Source: Akkermansiaceae bacterium (GTDB lineage Bacteria; Verrucomicrobiota; Verrucomicrobiia; Verrucomicrobiales; Akkermansiaceae). Taken from it: a stretch of 64,000 bases of DNA. The translations under genes were made by a program, and so were the position numbers. Location of the stretch: contig JBPOGF010000010.1 of assembly GCA_051251915.1 (NCBI GenBank), positions 32,001 to 96,000 of the forward strand. Direction: 5' to 3'. This document shows positions 39,501 through 48,858 of this stretch, piece by piece. How positions within the stretch are numbered: position 1 is the stretch's first letter; the number at the start of each line of letters is the position of its first letter. The notes under the pieces are model-generated. The model saw only the letters and a list, made by a program, of their open reading frames with translations. It made no database searches and was not told where the DNA came from.

Positions 39501-39903
39501 GGCTATCGGTCAGCCCGCTGTCCACCAGATCAGCGGAGGCATTGATTCGCTGATCTGGGCCAAGTTCACGCTGTAATTTCCCCATGGCTAGCATGAGGGC
39601 CATGCGGGCATTTGCCTGTGCCTCGGAGTGAGCTTGCTCCAGCGATGTAGTGCGCTGACTGAGCGATGACAAACTCAGCATGCCCACCGCGAGGATGAAA
39701 AGAAGCGTCATGGACAAGATCGTAGAGATTAGAGCAAAGCCGCCAGAGCTACGAGTTTGGAAGCTAGATGAGCCCAAAAATTTAGATGATCCAGATGGAG
39801 GTCTGTCAACTCTGCATGCTGAGATAGTTTCAGGTTGCCAGGAAGCGGACTCACCAACCATCTTCTTAAGCGTTTTCTCAGAAATGGATTGGTTAGGCTT
39901 CAT
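36550..39903 (-). CDS. Giant type IV minor-pilin-like protein (PilX/GspK-type N-terminus; Verru_Chthon cassette protein A-like)
   Basis: RSSGG|FALISTILSMTLLFILAVGMLSLS prepilin-like site without E5; ANARMALMLA, GPDQR, GAFNINST, RGPF..L.DFVNR, RSDTFTVRAYG, VSFRWL. Confidence 0.75.
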   Translation of the reverse strand: MKPNQSISEKTLKKMVGESASWQPETISACRVDRPPSGSSKFLGSSSFQTRSSGGFALISTILSMTLLFILAVGMLSLSSLSQRTTSLEQAHSEAQANARMALMLAMGKLQRELGPDQRINASADLVDSGLTDSRKHWIGTWESWSAETEKRPEPEFRSWLVSGNPASLGDPSFPSTASDLVTLMGDQSSVKLSAPLIELDNGGYAYTVIDENSKARLGGALESEREDLADHLSRWQSPPVGHGALLGMESVPRSDAALELIASGQSVDLIPLSETASKDDLRSYTVWSEGLLTDVRNGGFRKDLSLHLQDPASGDSAVALYQHGDRRGINFKELRDFHEVSTRLTYDTSSFSHADGGSLNNDVPSLVGKDDKIAAANDTFFAYLRPVVLRASWHISAYSRNVGTIDTPSYKIYIVIEPIIWLWNPFDANLIMQPGGHLTTRCWGLPYDITIKTGDVNKTVHFNEVRSDDNNMISMEIGQNTPVVMRPGEVQIYSRGRQAATPTEDYSTFEGKPGWSGTGGFSLDTGLLINDVSPVTISMNRSAQRGADKWGLVEFFSFLGTSDSDRHWVGGLGIDRFGWDDELAAADFPSGMFSSVPDKTFSSAANLTIPQPLALFSYLARTEKEGSLKSRYLARLSPSAMGFDHQATDPNTMHTLPYEPLMQPISGGLDRGFDYDTGKGYFGASYKADIGQSYIVTHSVSRERPISLGHFQHALANGVEHDLVKVKYNSARFHNRILQPAVMHAIGNSFAPPCIEQDQNTGSFNGMPAVDHSWLANDALWDQWFVSSLAERNAPHHTGDLAGTARSLFDRLVGLNGEAQLLPNRHYSYAGSDPEADADMLFDGTVPKSDAHLKIASLLRIHGAFNINSTDPAAWLAMFRSTHGLKVPVESSGGTSSDWESANNPIASLLIPKGSAVSEDDLDDPSLENQWTGYRDPSDTELKELAEAMVAEVRKRGPFLSLGDFVNRRLGTDTELASSGALQSALNLSINKKLESGSRSSITASSGIAFPEADSGSQMTHVPGHVKQGDILTTLGSRFTPRSDTFTVRAYGESRSQSGQLLASARCEAVIQRTADYVDPADESHVLPSALTSEVNQRLGRKFVIVSFRWLGKNEP

Positions 39904-40012
39904 TAATTTCGATTTATTACTATTCTAATGTTTAGATACAGGGCTGTTCTAATGAAATTCACTAGTGGGGTACACACAGGTGTCACCATAACGAAACGTC
40001 GTGTTTCATCCA

Positions 40013-40039
40013 CTTATCCGTTATCTAGGAAAACCTGCC
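40013..40039 (-). promoter_or_regulatory. Putative ECF sigma promoter for the PilX-like operon
   Basis: Minus strand GGCAGG-TTTTCCTAGATAAC-GGATAAG. Confidence 0.75.
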
Positions 40040-40080
40040 GTTTAAATCGAAAAAATTGGAGGTAAGACCAATAAAACCGA

Positions 40081-41433
40081 TCATTCCTTCATGATCAGTT
40101 CTAGAGTTGGACCCGCTGCTTCGCGGTGTTGGCTGGAGGCAAATCCGTGAATCATGGTATTGCCCGGTGTTTGACAGTGAATAATGAAACCAACTTCTCC
40201 GCTCTGGTCTGCTTTCAGGAAAGCAAGTAATTCCGGAGTTTCCAAAACGACTGCAGTCCGCAAGTTAGCACGTGGAATGGGAAACGTTGCAAGTATGGGC
40301 GAGCCCTCTAGTTTCGGGGCATCCTTCTTCAGCAACCCAGTGCTTGCCCAATTCTCACGCTTGTCATCAGGAATTCCGTAAATGCCGAACTCGCTCACTA
40401 CTGGCATGTTTGAGCTCACTCCTACTTTTGTCGGCACCGAATTAAGGATCAAGCGGGCTTGAGCCACCTGATCGAGATCCACTCCTGAAACGTCGAAAGC
40501 GATTAATGCTTTGCGATCAAAATAGGCATTCGCCCTGTTCTCGGTGTTTTTTACCATCAGGAAGTCAGTTCGCAGCGTTTCCCGCAGCTTGCGGTGAGCG
40601 ACTGTCGCTTCTCTGCCATTAGTTCTGAGTATCACCAAAGCTTCACTTGTTTCGAGCCCATCTTCCGATGTCGGATCGAGGTTTAAATGAATGCTTTTCT
40701 CATCCATACTTGCAGTTTCTTCGGTTACCAAGTGCTTCACACTACCGTCATTGTGATGTAGCGCGATTTCTCCCTCTTCAACGGTCAGCCTCGACTTTCC
40801 TTGATTCTCACCGATCGACAGAGAAAACCGAGTACCTAGATCTACCACTTTCCCATGTCGGGTAGTCACCTGGAAGCCAATGGCCTGTTCTGGTACCGAG
40901 AATGAGGCATTTCCATAATCGAATATGATCTCCATGTCAGTGACTACTTCGATTCGAGCAGGGCCTTCCAAGACCATCTCTGCGCCAGAATGAAAGCCCA
41001 TTGTCACAATTCCGGTGCGAAGCGTGTAAACACCGGGGGAGAACTCAGCTCCATCGATGGTGGAATTCTCACTCTGCCAACCGGCCAACTCACTAGACAG
41101 AATAACTCCAACCGAGGTTGGTTTTTCTGTAGGTTTTTCCTGCCCAATCCAGAAGAAGAGGGCTGCACATGCCGCCAATGAACCGATGAAGACGAGCTGC
41201 CTTAGTGATTTCTCACGTGAAGGAGGAAATACAATGTCTTGGGGAAGTTGACTAGGAACTTCGTGTTCTTGTAAGGCTATTTTACGGAGTGAGGACTCAG
41301 TCATAGCCACTTGTAAATATTGTGTTCTGAGCTCTGAGTCAGCGAGCATGCGTCTTTCTAGTTCAGCGATCTGTTCGTCGCTGGCACGTTCTTGAAAATA
41401 AAGATCTAGAAGTTCCTGGTCTGATTTTTTCAT
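40081..41433 (-). CDS. FecR-domain anti-sigma factor with C-terminal extracytoplasmic beta-sandwich
   Basis: N-terminal anti-sigma helices, one TM, FecR motifs LEGPA, VVDLGTRF, VEEGEI; FASSQH...GPTL tail; 4-nt overlap with the sigma gene. Confidence 0.85.
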   Translation of the reverse strand: MKKSDQELLDLYFQERASDEQIAELERRMLADSELRTQYLQVAMTESSLRKIALQEHEVPSQLPQDIVFPPSREKSLRQLVFIGSLAACAALFFWIGQEKPTEKPTSVGVILSSELAGWQSENSTIDGAEFSPGVYTLRTGIVTMGFHSGAEMVLEGPARIEVVTDMEIIFDYGNASFSVPEQAIGFQVTTRHGKVVDLGTRFSLSIGENQGKSRLTVEEGEIALHHNDGSVKHLVTEETASMDEKSIHLNLDPTSEDGLETSEALVILRTNGREATVAHRKLRETLRTDFLMVKNTENRANAYFDRKALIAFDVSGVDLDQVAQARLILNSVPTKVGVSSNMPVVSEFGIYGIPDDKRENWASTGLLKKDAPKLEGSPILATFPIPRANLRTAVVLETPELLAFLKADQSGEVGFIIHCQTPGNTMIHGFASSQHREAAGPTLELIMKE

Positions 41434-41978
41434 GAGCTTAGAGGGGGTGTCATTTTGGCTTCAACACAGTTGCGGAGTCGCTCGCGAAGTCGGCCTATTT
41501 TTTTGTAAAGGGAGTTTGCTGAGGTGTTTGTGAGCGTGGCGAGTTCTTTGATTCGGCCGTGTTCAAGATAGGGAGCCAGAACCAACTCTCGTTCCGTGTT
41601 CTTCATGGCTTCCAAGCAACCTGTCAATGCTAAATGGCGTAGGTGATTCTCGGGTTCGTTAAATTTCTCGGCTTCATCAGCTAGTAGGGAGATCAGTTCA
41701 CTGCTAAAGACGGTTCCTGTTTTCTTCTTCTGCTCATGATAACGGTAGCAATGAAATCGGATAATCACTTTACCCCAGGGAAGGAATCCTTCCTTGGACT
41801 TTAGCTGGCCTAACTTTTGCCACATGATCACGCTGGTATCTTGGAAGACATCGTCCACGGTATTCCAATCAGGCAGTAGGCTACGGGCGAAGGCACGCAA
41901 CGCGTTTTCGTGTTGCAGCAAAAGACGCACAAACTCAGCTTCTGATAGGTTTAATCGATTGTCTGCTTCTTGATCCAT
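41430..41978 (-). CDS. ECF sigma-70 factor (Rhodopirellula/Verrucomicrobium type)
   Basis: LRAFARSL, DDVFQDT, FLPW region 2; region 4 SLYKKIGRLRERLRNCV. Confidence 0.92.
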   Translation of the reverse strand: MDQEADNRLNLSEAEFVRLLLQHENALRAFARSLLPDWNTVDDVFQDTSVIMWQKLGQLKSKEGFLPWGKVIIRFHCYRYHEQKKKTGTVFSSELISLLADEAEKFNEPENHLRHLALTGCLEAMKNTERELVLAPYLEHGRIKELATLTNTSANSLYKKIGRLRERLRNCVEAKMTPPLSS

Positions 41979-41986
41979 GGTACATT

Positions 41987-42014
41987 CTTATCCTCATTAA
42001 AGCTCAAACCTGCC
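41987..42014 (-). promoter_or_regulatory. Putative autoregulatory ECF promoter of the sigma gene
   Basis: Minus strand GGCAGG-TTTGAGCTTTAATGA-GGATAAG, ending 8 nt before the ATG. Confidence 0.7.
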
Positions 42015-42042
42015 ACTAGTTTTTGATTTTTTCGCTAAATGT

Positions 42043-42069
42043 GGCTGATTTCTCCTGCACACGGATAAG
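42043..42069 (+). promoter_or_regulatory. Putative ECF promoter of the divergent sulfatase
   Basis: GGCTGA-TTTCTCCTGCACAC-GGATAAG; same 14-nt spacing, variant -35. Confidence 0.62.
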
Positions 42070-42177
42070 TGGGAAAAACCAGAAGTTCCATAGAATTTTT
42101 ATTGTGGCATTGATAATCATCAAGCATCTTTATTCTTATCTCTACAAGACTGAGCTTCTTGGAACAAAAATATAACT

Positions 42178-43593
42178 ATGAAAAATAACCTATCTACTAA
42201 TATTCGGCGCTTGATCTTATTGGCGATGGTAAGCCTCAGTAGTCATGCAGGTGCGGCAGAAAAGCCTAATGTGTTGTTCATTGCGGTGGATGATTTGAAT
42301 GACTGGACTGGCTACGCTGGTAACAAACAGGCGATCACACCTAACATGGACAAGCTAGCGAGCCAGAGTGTGTGGTTTTCTAAAGCATATTGCCAGTATC
42401 CGGTGTGTGGTCCATCACGAGCGAGCTTGATGAGTGGCTTGTATTTTCACCAACTTAATTCGCCTAAACTGCAACCGAATGACGACTTTGTAGAGAAAAC
42501 AGTGCAAGACATGGGGTCAAAACTTCTCCACGGATATTTTAAGCAGCACGGTTATAAAACGATGGCTGTGGGGAAACTTCTTCATAAACATCTACCTGAC
42601 GAAAACGTAGATATGTCCGGTGGTCGTGGTGGCTGGGATTTTCTTAAGGACAAAAAAACCGGGAAGAAGATCAAGCTTCAGTTTGATTCCCAAAAGACAC
42701 TTACTGACTGGGGTCCATGGAAAAAACCTGAAGAGAAAATGAGTGATAGTGAGGCGGCAGCTTGGGCTGTAGAGCGACTCGGCGAAAAGCATGATGAACC
42801 TTTCATGCTCATGGTGGGCTTTCTGCGTCCGCATGCACCTTGGTATGTGCCGCAGAAGTATTTCGACATGTATGATAAGGATAAGCTCGAGTTGCCGGCC
42901 TATAAAAAAGATGATCTTGATGACGTGCCAGCGGCCGCACGTGAGACGATCAATGACGGCTACCCTAGAACTGAATGGGCGATCGAAACCGGTCAGTGGA
43001 AGAATATCATCCAGGGCTACTTAGCCAGCATTACTTTTGTGGATAGTAAGATAGGGCAGGTGCTCGATGCTTTGGACAATAGCGACTACAAGGATAATAC
43101 TATCATCATTCTCTGGTCTGATCATGGCTATCACATGGGGGAGAAGAATACTTTCCAGAAACACACACTCTGGGAACGCTCCGGCAGAGCTCCTCTGATG
43201 ATCCATTTGCCAGATAGTATGAACGGTAAGAAATACAAAGGGGAATGCGAGAAAGTAGTAGGTCTGATCGACATTTATCCTACGCTTGTAGATCTTTGTA
43301 ATTTGCCTGCTAACGATAAGGTAGTAGGACGTAGCTTGAAGCCGCTGATTGTGAATCCAAAAGCTAAGTGGGATTTCCCAACACTCACATATCGTAAAGA
43401 TGGCGGGAAGGCTGTTCGTTTCCATCAGTATCGATACATCGAGTATGGAGATGGTTCACAAGAGCTATATGACCACAATAAGGATCCTAATGAATGGAAA
43501 AACCTCGCGACATATATCGAGTATAAATCAGTCCTTGAGGGGATGAAAGAACTGCTGACTAAAAATCACATTGCTCCTACGGAAAAGCCATAG
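42178..43593 (+). CDS. Sulfatase (iduronate-2-sulfatase/choline-sulfatase-like)
   Basis: PNVLFIAVDDLNDW, CGPSR, GFLRPHAPW, SDHGYHMGEK. Confidence 0.93.
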   Translation: MKNNLSTNIRRLILLAMVSLSSHAGAAEKPNVLFIAVDDLNDWTGYAGNKQAITPNMDKLASQSVWFSKAYCQYPVCGPSRASLMSGLYFHQLNSPKLQPNDDFVEKTVQDMGSKLLHGYFKQHGYKTMAVGKLLHKHLPDENVDMSGGRGGWDFLKDKKTGKKIKLQFDSQKTLTDWGPWKKPEEKMSDSEAAAWAVERLGEKHDEPFMLMVGFLRPHAPWYVPQKYFDMYDKDKLELPAYKKDDLDDVPAAARETINDGYPRTEWAIETGQWKNIIQGYLASITFVDSKIGQVLDALDNSDYKDNTIIILWSDHGYHMGEKNTFQKHTLWERSGRAPLMIHLPDSMNGKKYKGECEKVVGLIDIYPTLVDLCNLPANDKVVGRSLKPLIVNPKAKWDFPTLTYRKDGGKAVRFHQYRYIEYGDGSQELYDHNKDPNEWKNLATYIEYKSVLEGMKELLTKNHIAPTEKP

Positions 43594-43678
43594 TGCTATG
43601 CCTCATTGGTATATTGCTCTGTGGATATCCGTGTCAGTTTGACGCATAGATAGTTTGCAAGCTGAATGAAAATGGGGG

Positions 43679-45796
43679 ATGATTGCTTCCTTAGCAGATA
43701 TTGTGCTACGGAAGATCAAGATTGGATATCAGAGCGTGAGATTACAAACTTCAAACATAGTTACTGTGTGTGGGCTGATCCTGAAGGGAGGAATCAGGGG
43801 TTTAGTGATGGTGTTTGGCTTGTTTGTTATTTTGGCAGAGGGCAGGGCAGATGATGGTTTTGAGAGTTTTTCTACCCAAGAGCTGAAAACCAAAAAGGAA
43901 GAAATCACTCAGCGATTGAATGGGCTGCCCATTGCGACCCTGAACAATGGTGTTGCTCCCAGTGGCTATCGATCCTCTCCACTGCAGAGAAAAGCCAACG
44001 CGGAGTGGGCAGAGATCAATTTCAGGAAACCCACTAAGGTAGATCTTGTAGTCATTGTTCCCATTATTTGGATGGATCGTGACGGCAAGTATCAAGCTGA
44101 TGGATTTCCGAAGGCATTCAAAGTGACTGCTCGAGATGCACGGACGGGAGAACTTCATGTGATCGCAGACTACTCAGACACTAGCCAGCTCTTGCCACGT
44201 TACTCACCACTGACTATTCCATTGGAGTCTTCGATTGAGATAAGCGATCTACGGATTGATGCCTTGAAGCCTTCCCGGAGAGCAGTCAATGGTGACTCTA
44301 TTTTCCAACTGGCCGAGTTCATGGCCTTTCATAAAGATGAACTGGTGACGCTCAATCAGCCTGTTTCGGTCAGTAGTGAGGCTGGTAAGAGAATGGGTTG
44401 GGATAAGAAATACCTTGTGGATGGCATCACGCCCTATGTGATGAATGCCGCTCAGGGGAAGTCTAGTCGGCCTTTCATCAGTAGGCTATGGGAAAAAGAA
44501 TCTGAGCCACTCAAGAAGGCTATTATTGATTTTCACTTGCCGGAAGCAAAGCAGATTGATGGCATTCGGATTTACGCGGTAGAACAACGTGACACTGTGC
44601 CTTCCTCAAACCCTGGTGACTTTGGAATGCCTTCTAAGATTACATTATTGGGTGCGAGTGATCAATCCTTTGCTCAGCCGATAGAGCTGATGATTTACCA
44701 GAGACAAAACGAGCATGAAACAGGCCCTGTGCTACAGCGGCATTTCTCGACCGAGAAAGTTAGCTCGATTCGATTGATCGCTGATGACCTTTATCGGCAT
44801 ACCAGAGGGGAAACTAGAGTTCCGACAATCAGTTTTTCGGAAGTCGAGATCCTCTCGGAAGGTAAAAACATCCTCCACGAGGCAGAAATCAAGACTTCTC
44901 TTCGAGGTTCCGATCCAGCGGTTACTCCGCGGAACTTGATCGATGGTCGGAATCTATACGGTAACATTTTGCCTGAACGACAATGGCTAGAAGGGCTGTC
45001 ACTGAGACATGATTTGGTAAAGGAACTGGCTTCACTTAATCTGATACTAACCAAGCGTTACGATACACAAGCTAAGCATTTAAAATTATTCGGTATCCTC
45101 TTAGTTCTGATTTGCTTTGCTTTTCTAATCATCTTCTTTTGGCAAAAATTTCACCTACTGAAACAAGAGACCGCGATTCGGCAGCGAATCGCTTCCAATC
45201 TACACGATGAACTAGGCGCGAATCTTCATGCGATAAGCCACCTAGGGGAACTGATACCAGAAGTAGTCAACGAACCGGAACAGCTAGATGATCTCATCAC
45301 CCGGCTCAGAAGGCTCACACTGAAGACTGGCAACGCGGCTCGTGATTGCTCCCATATGCTGGTAAATGCGGATATGTTTGGCGATGTGGTTCAAGAAATG
45401 GAGCGTTTGAACAGCCAGCTTCTGGGGGATTTTGAAGTTCACTTCCACTGCCCCAATCCAGCTTTGATCAACCAACTCTCGCGGAAAAAACGGCTGGATC
45501 TCCTCCTCTACTACAAAGAATGTCTCGCCAATATACTACGTCATTCTCAAGCCACCTCTGTTCACGTTTGCTTGGAAGGAATACGTAGGAATGTGCGTAT
45601 CAAGGTCACCTTGGATGTGGAAGACAACGGCACAGGTTTAAACGGAGACATCCCCTCTTCGTTGACGCGTCGTGCTCGCTACCTCAAAGGCGTATTAAAC
45701 AGCATGTCACCTCTCCAAGGCGCTGGTAGCTTGATTCGGCTGACCTTCTCGCAATTCTCACTTTTCCCGAAATCATCTAAGCCCACTTCTCTATGA
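43679..45796 (+). CDS. HisKA_3 sensor histidine kinase with tandem discoidin-like domains (system 2)
   Basis: RQRIASNLHDELGANL, KECLANILRH, DNGTG, TM before the H-box; start uncertain (may be downstream). Confidence 0.88.
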   Translation: MIASLADIVLRKIKIGYQSVRLQTSNIVTVCGLILKGGIRGLVMVFGLFVILAEGRADDGFESFSTQELKTKKEEITQRLNGLPIATLNNGVAPSGYRSSPLQRKANAEWAEINFRKPTKVDLVVIVPIIWMDRDGKYQADGFPKAFKVTARDARTGELHVIADYSDTSQLLPRYSPLTIPLESSIEISDLRIDALKPSRRAVNGDSIFQLAEFMAFHKDELVTLNQPVSVSSEAGKRMGWDKKYLVDGITPYVMNAAQGKSSRPFISRLWEKESEPLKKAIIDFHLPEAKQIDGIRIYAVEQRDTVPSSNPGDFGMPSKITLLGASDQSFAQPIELMIYQRQNEHETGPVLQRHFSTEKVSSIRLIADDLYRHTRGETRVPTISFSEVEILSEGKNILHEAEIKTSLRGSDPAVTPRNLIDGRNLYGNILPERQWLEGLSLRHDLVKELASLNLILTKRYDTQAKHLKLFGILLVLICFAFLIIFFWQKFHLLKQETAIRQRIASNLHDELGANLHAISHLGELIPEVVNEPEQLDDLITRLRRLTLKTGNAARDCSHMLVNADMFGDVVQEMERLNSQLLGDFEVHFHCPNPALINQLSRKKRLDLLLYYKECLANILRHSQATSVHVCLEGIRRNVRIKVTLDVEDNGTGLNGDIPSSLTRRARYLKGVLNSMSPLQGAGSLIRLTFSQFSLFPKSSKPTSL

Positions 45797-46440
45797 AAAA
45801 AGCTCTCAGTATCAGCATTATAGAAGATAACGACTCTTATCGAGACGTCATCCGCATCGCCGTTGATCTCGACCCCGAGCTGCGGATCCACTCCGAGTTC
45901 AGCTCAGCCGAGGTCGCGCTGGCCACGCTAGCCAATCCAGCCGCGCGTCCTGACATCATCCTTCTGGATATCAATCTTCCTTTGATGAGTGGACTCGAGG
46001 CGCTACCACTTTTGTTAGAGCATTGCCCTGAGAGCAAAGTGCTCATCCTCAGTCAGTCCAATGCGGAAGAAGACATCTTGCGCGCTATTTCCTATGGTGC
46101 TTCTGGCTATCTTTTCAAATCTACTGGGATCAAAGACCTCCGTTTGGCGATTAAAAACGTGGATCAGGATCTTCGCGAACTGGACCCTTCCGTGGCCAGG
46201 CATCTGTTAGGCTTGATCCATAAAGTGGATGCACGTGATGAAGTGAGCCCCATTAGCCCTAGGGAATTAGACGTGCTCAAACTGCTTGCTGAGGGGCTAC
46301 AGAAAAAAGAAATCGCCGACCAGCTAAATATCGCCTACTCCACAGTTGATACTCATGTTCGGCTTATTTTTGAAAAGTTGAATGCTAGGAATGCTCCCTC
46401 GGCCGTGTCAATCGCTTACCGCTTAGGTATTTTGCGTTAA
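45793..46440 (+). CDS. NarL/LuxR-family response regulator (system 2)
   Basis: IED, LLDINLP, GASGYLFK, SPRELDVL...TVDTHV; ATGA overlap with the kinase. Confidence 0.95.
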   Translation: MKKALSISIIEDNDSYRDVIRIAVDLDPELRIHSEFSSAEVALATLANPAARPDIILLDINLPLMSGLEALPLLLEHCPESKVLILSQSNAEEDILRAISYGASGYLFKSTGIKDLRLAIKNVDQDLRELDPSVARHLLGLIHKVDARDEVSPISPRELDVLKLLAEGLQKKEIADQLNIAYSTVDTHVRLIFEKLNARNAPSAVSIAYRLGILR

Positions 46441-46459
46441 GGAGGGGGGTGAGAATTTT

Positions 46460-46504
46460 TTCACGTAGATACGGGATAGACGGTAACCGTATGCCAGTTA
46501 TTCT
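46460..46504 (+). promoter_or_regulatory. 7-4-7 response-regulator box (variant 2) plus promoter
   Basis: TTCACGT-AGAT-ACGGGAT-AGAC; TAGACG-16-TATTCT. Confidence 0.6.
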
Positions 46505-46563
46505 TTTAGTGTGTAAGATATAATCTAACACTTTAAAATTAATTAACTACGACGTAAAAAAAC

Positions 46564-47175
46564 ATGAAAATTAAAAACATACTAATGGCATCCATCTTTA
46601 CTGGAATGACTTATGTCTCCGCTACTGCGGCATCCCTTATCGTTAATGGTGGCTTTGAAAGTGGCACTGTCAACAGCACACCTACAAGCTGGACTTCAGG
46701 ATTTACTGGAGGCGCCGCCGATCCGTTTGTTCGCGCGGGAACCAATCAAGGCGTAGCTCAGACTGAAGGCAGCAACCATCTTCAGCTTCGAGGCAATACT
46801 ACAGGAGGAGCCTTCCTTGGTCAGTCATTTTTAACCGTTGCCTCGCAACAATACGACCTGGACTTCTCGCTTGCGTCGACAGCAAGCTTTAGTGATTTAA
46901 GTGTTCTAGTGACGGTAACCAGCGACGGAGGGACTTCCGGAGATTTGTATAGTGAGACATTTACTTTCTCTGGCACAACCTATACGGACTACAATAAGTC
47001 GTTTACTGCCTCCAACACGAGCGCGACACTACGTTTTGAAGAAACTTCTACCGATACAAACTCAAAGGATCCGTTTCTAGACGCAGTGAGTGTGACACCC
47101 GTTCCTGAACCCTCCTCCAGCGCCTTGCTCGGACTTGGCGTGCTGAGTCTGCTTGTCCGCAGACACCGCGCTTAG
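46564..47175 (+). CDS. PEP-CTERM protein with a CBM/DUF642-like jelly-roll domain
   Basis: Signal peptide, LIVNGGFE, QSF.T...YDLDF, TLRF, FLDAVSV, VPEPSSSALLGLGVLSLLVRRHRA. Confidence 0.92.
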   Translation: MKIKNILMASIFTGMTYVSATAASLIVNGGFESGTVNSTPTSWTSGFTGGAADPFVRAGTNQGVAQTEGSNHLQLRGNTTGGAFLGQSFLTVASQQYDLDFSLASTASFSDLSVLVTVTSDGGTSGDLYSETFTFSGTTYTDYNKSFTASNTSATLRFEETSTDTNSKDPFLDAVSVTPVPEPSSSALLGLGVLSLLVRRHRA

Positions 47176-47191
47176 TCAACCACAACTACTC

Positions 47192-48787
47192 ATGAGAACC
47201 AAACTACCACTCACTTCGCTTGCAGCTCTGTTTGCATTCACCACACTCGTCCATGCTGACGAAACGAAGCCCACACTGAAAACACAGCCTGCGAAGCCTT
47301 ATGATGGCTCATGGGAATCATTGCAAAAAATGCCGGTGCCAGGCTGGTTTGATGATGGCAAAATCGGTATTTTCATTCACTGGGGACCTTATAGCACGAT
47401 CGGTTATCGTAAGGGCGGTCGTGGCTATGCGGAACATGTGCCGAAAATGATCTATGAAGATTCTAAGCATTATTTTCCTTATGTTAATAAACGTTGGGGG
47501 GCGACGCCTCCCGAGTTTGGCTACAAGGATATCATCCCAGAATTCAAAGCAGAAAAGTGGGATCCTGAAGCTTGGGCGAAGTTGTTCAATGATGTCGGGT
47601 TCAAGTATGTCGTCATGACTGCTGAGCACCACGATGGTTGGGCGAACTGGGATTCAGATCTGACCCCTTGGAACGCAATGGACAAGGGACCTAAACGCGA
47701 CTTGGTGGGTGACTTAGGTAAAGCCTTAAAGAAATATGACCTCAAGTATGCGCCTTCCTATCACCGCGAGCGCCATGCGTCATTCTTTACTACAGCGAAA
47801 TATAAAGTGAACGCGAAAGCACGTGATGTCATCAAGGAGGAGATCAAACGAATGCCGGAAGCGGCTTCGCTTTATGGGCCTTTCGGTATCGATAAAGCAT
47901 TTGTAGATGACTACGTGGCACGCTGGAAAGAAATCCAGGCTAAGTATGAGCCTGACTTTCTCTGGATCGATGATATTCCGATCTGGACACGTGATGGTAA
48001 CAATGTGTTGAAAGGGAAAGCGAAGCCTGAGGTGCAATATTTCTATGACCAATGCCGCCTGATGATCACTGATTTCATGAATGATGGTGCGGCACGTGGA
48101 GCGGAAGTGTATGTCAACAACAAGGGCGCTAACCGCAACTGGCCCGATGGTGTGGGCAACCTTGAAAAGGATAATTTGAAGCTAAAAGTAATCGGTCCCA
48201 AGTGGCAGAGCTGCACAACGTTTGGCTCCTCGTTTGGCTATCTGGAAAATGATACCTACAAGGACATCGATAAGGTGATTCATGAGATGGTGGAAGTGAT
48301 CAGCCGTAATGGAAACTTCCTGGTCAACATCGGCCCCAAGGCGGATGGTACAATTCCTGAGCCGCAGATGGAACGACTTCTAGCGATGAAGGCCTGGTTG
48401 AGTGTGAATGGTGAAGCGATTTATGGTTCTCGATACTGGAAAGAGAGCGAGCAAAAGAAAGAGCATCTCGCATTCACCACTAAAGGTAAAAAGCTCTTCG
48501 CAATCAAACTTCAGAAACCAGAAAAACCATTTGTTATTACTGGCACGGCTGGCTGGAGTGAGGATCAGGTAAAGTCTGTTCGGTTACTTGGCAGTGATGC
48601 TAAGGTAGTTTCTGAAATGACAGCGAAGGGGTTAAAAATCACACCTCCGGAGGATCTCGGTAAAAGTGAGTATGCGTGGTCGTTTGAGATCCTGACGGAT
48701 GCGGAGCAGCATCATTCTAACGTTGTTGAGAAAGATGCTAGTAGGGCGCTGAAAGGCACTAAGAAAGTAGATCTAGATGGTAACTAA
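47192..48787 (+). CDS. Alpha-L-fucosidase (GH29)
   Basis: WESL...PGWFDDGKIGIFIHWG, AEHHDG, GPKRDLVG, LWID nucleophile, SRNGNFLVNIGPKADGTIP, NGEAIYGSR; start refined to MRTKL. Confidence 0.95.
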   Translation: MRTKLPLTSLAALFAFTTLVHADETKPTLKTQPAKPYDGSWESLQKMPVPGWFDDGKIGIFIHWGPYSTIGYRKGGRGYAEHVPKMIYEDSKHYFPYVNKRWGATPPEFGYKDIIPEFKAEKWDPEAWAKLFNDVGFKYVVMTAEHHDGWANWDSDLTPWNAMDKGPKRDLVGDLGKALKKYDLKYAPSYHRERHASFFTTAKYKVNAKARDVIKEEIKRMPEAASLYGPFGIDKAFVDDYVARWKEIQAKYEPDFLWIDDIPIWTRDGNNVLKGKAKPEVQYFYDQCRLMITDFMNDGAARGAEVYVNNKGANRNWPDGVGNLEKDNLKLKVIGPKWQSCTTFGSSFGYLENDTYKDIDKVIHEMVEVISRNGNFLVNIGPKADGTIPEPQMERLLAMKAWLSVNGEAIYGSRYWKESEQKKEHLAFTTKGKKLFAIKLQKPEKPFVITGTAGWSEDQVKSVRLLGSDAKVVSEMTAKGLKITPPEDLGKSEYAWSFEILTDAEQHHSNVVEKDASRALKGTKKVDLDGN

Positions 48788-48858
48788 GATGGCGGTGATT
48801 GGCCAGTATAAAAATGAATGCATATTGAAACTAAATTAAGCATCAACTAAGAAAAATT

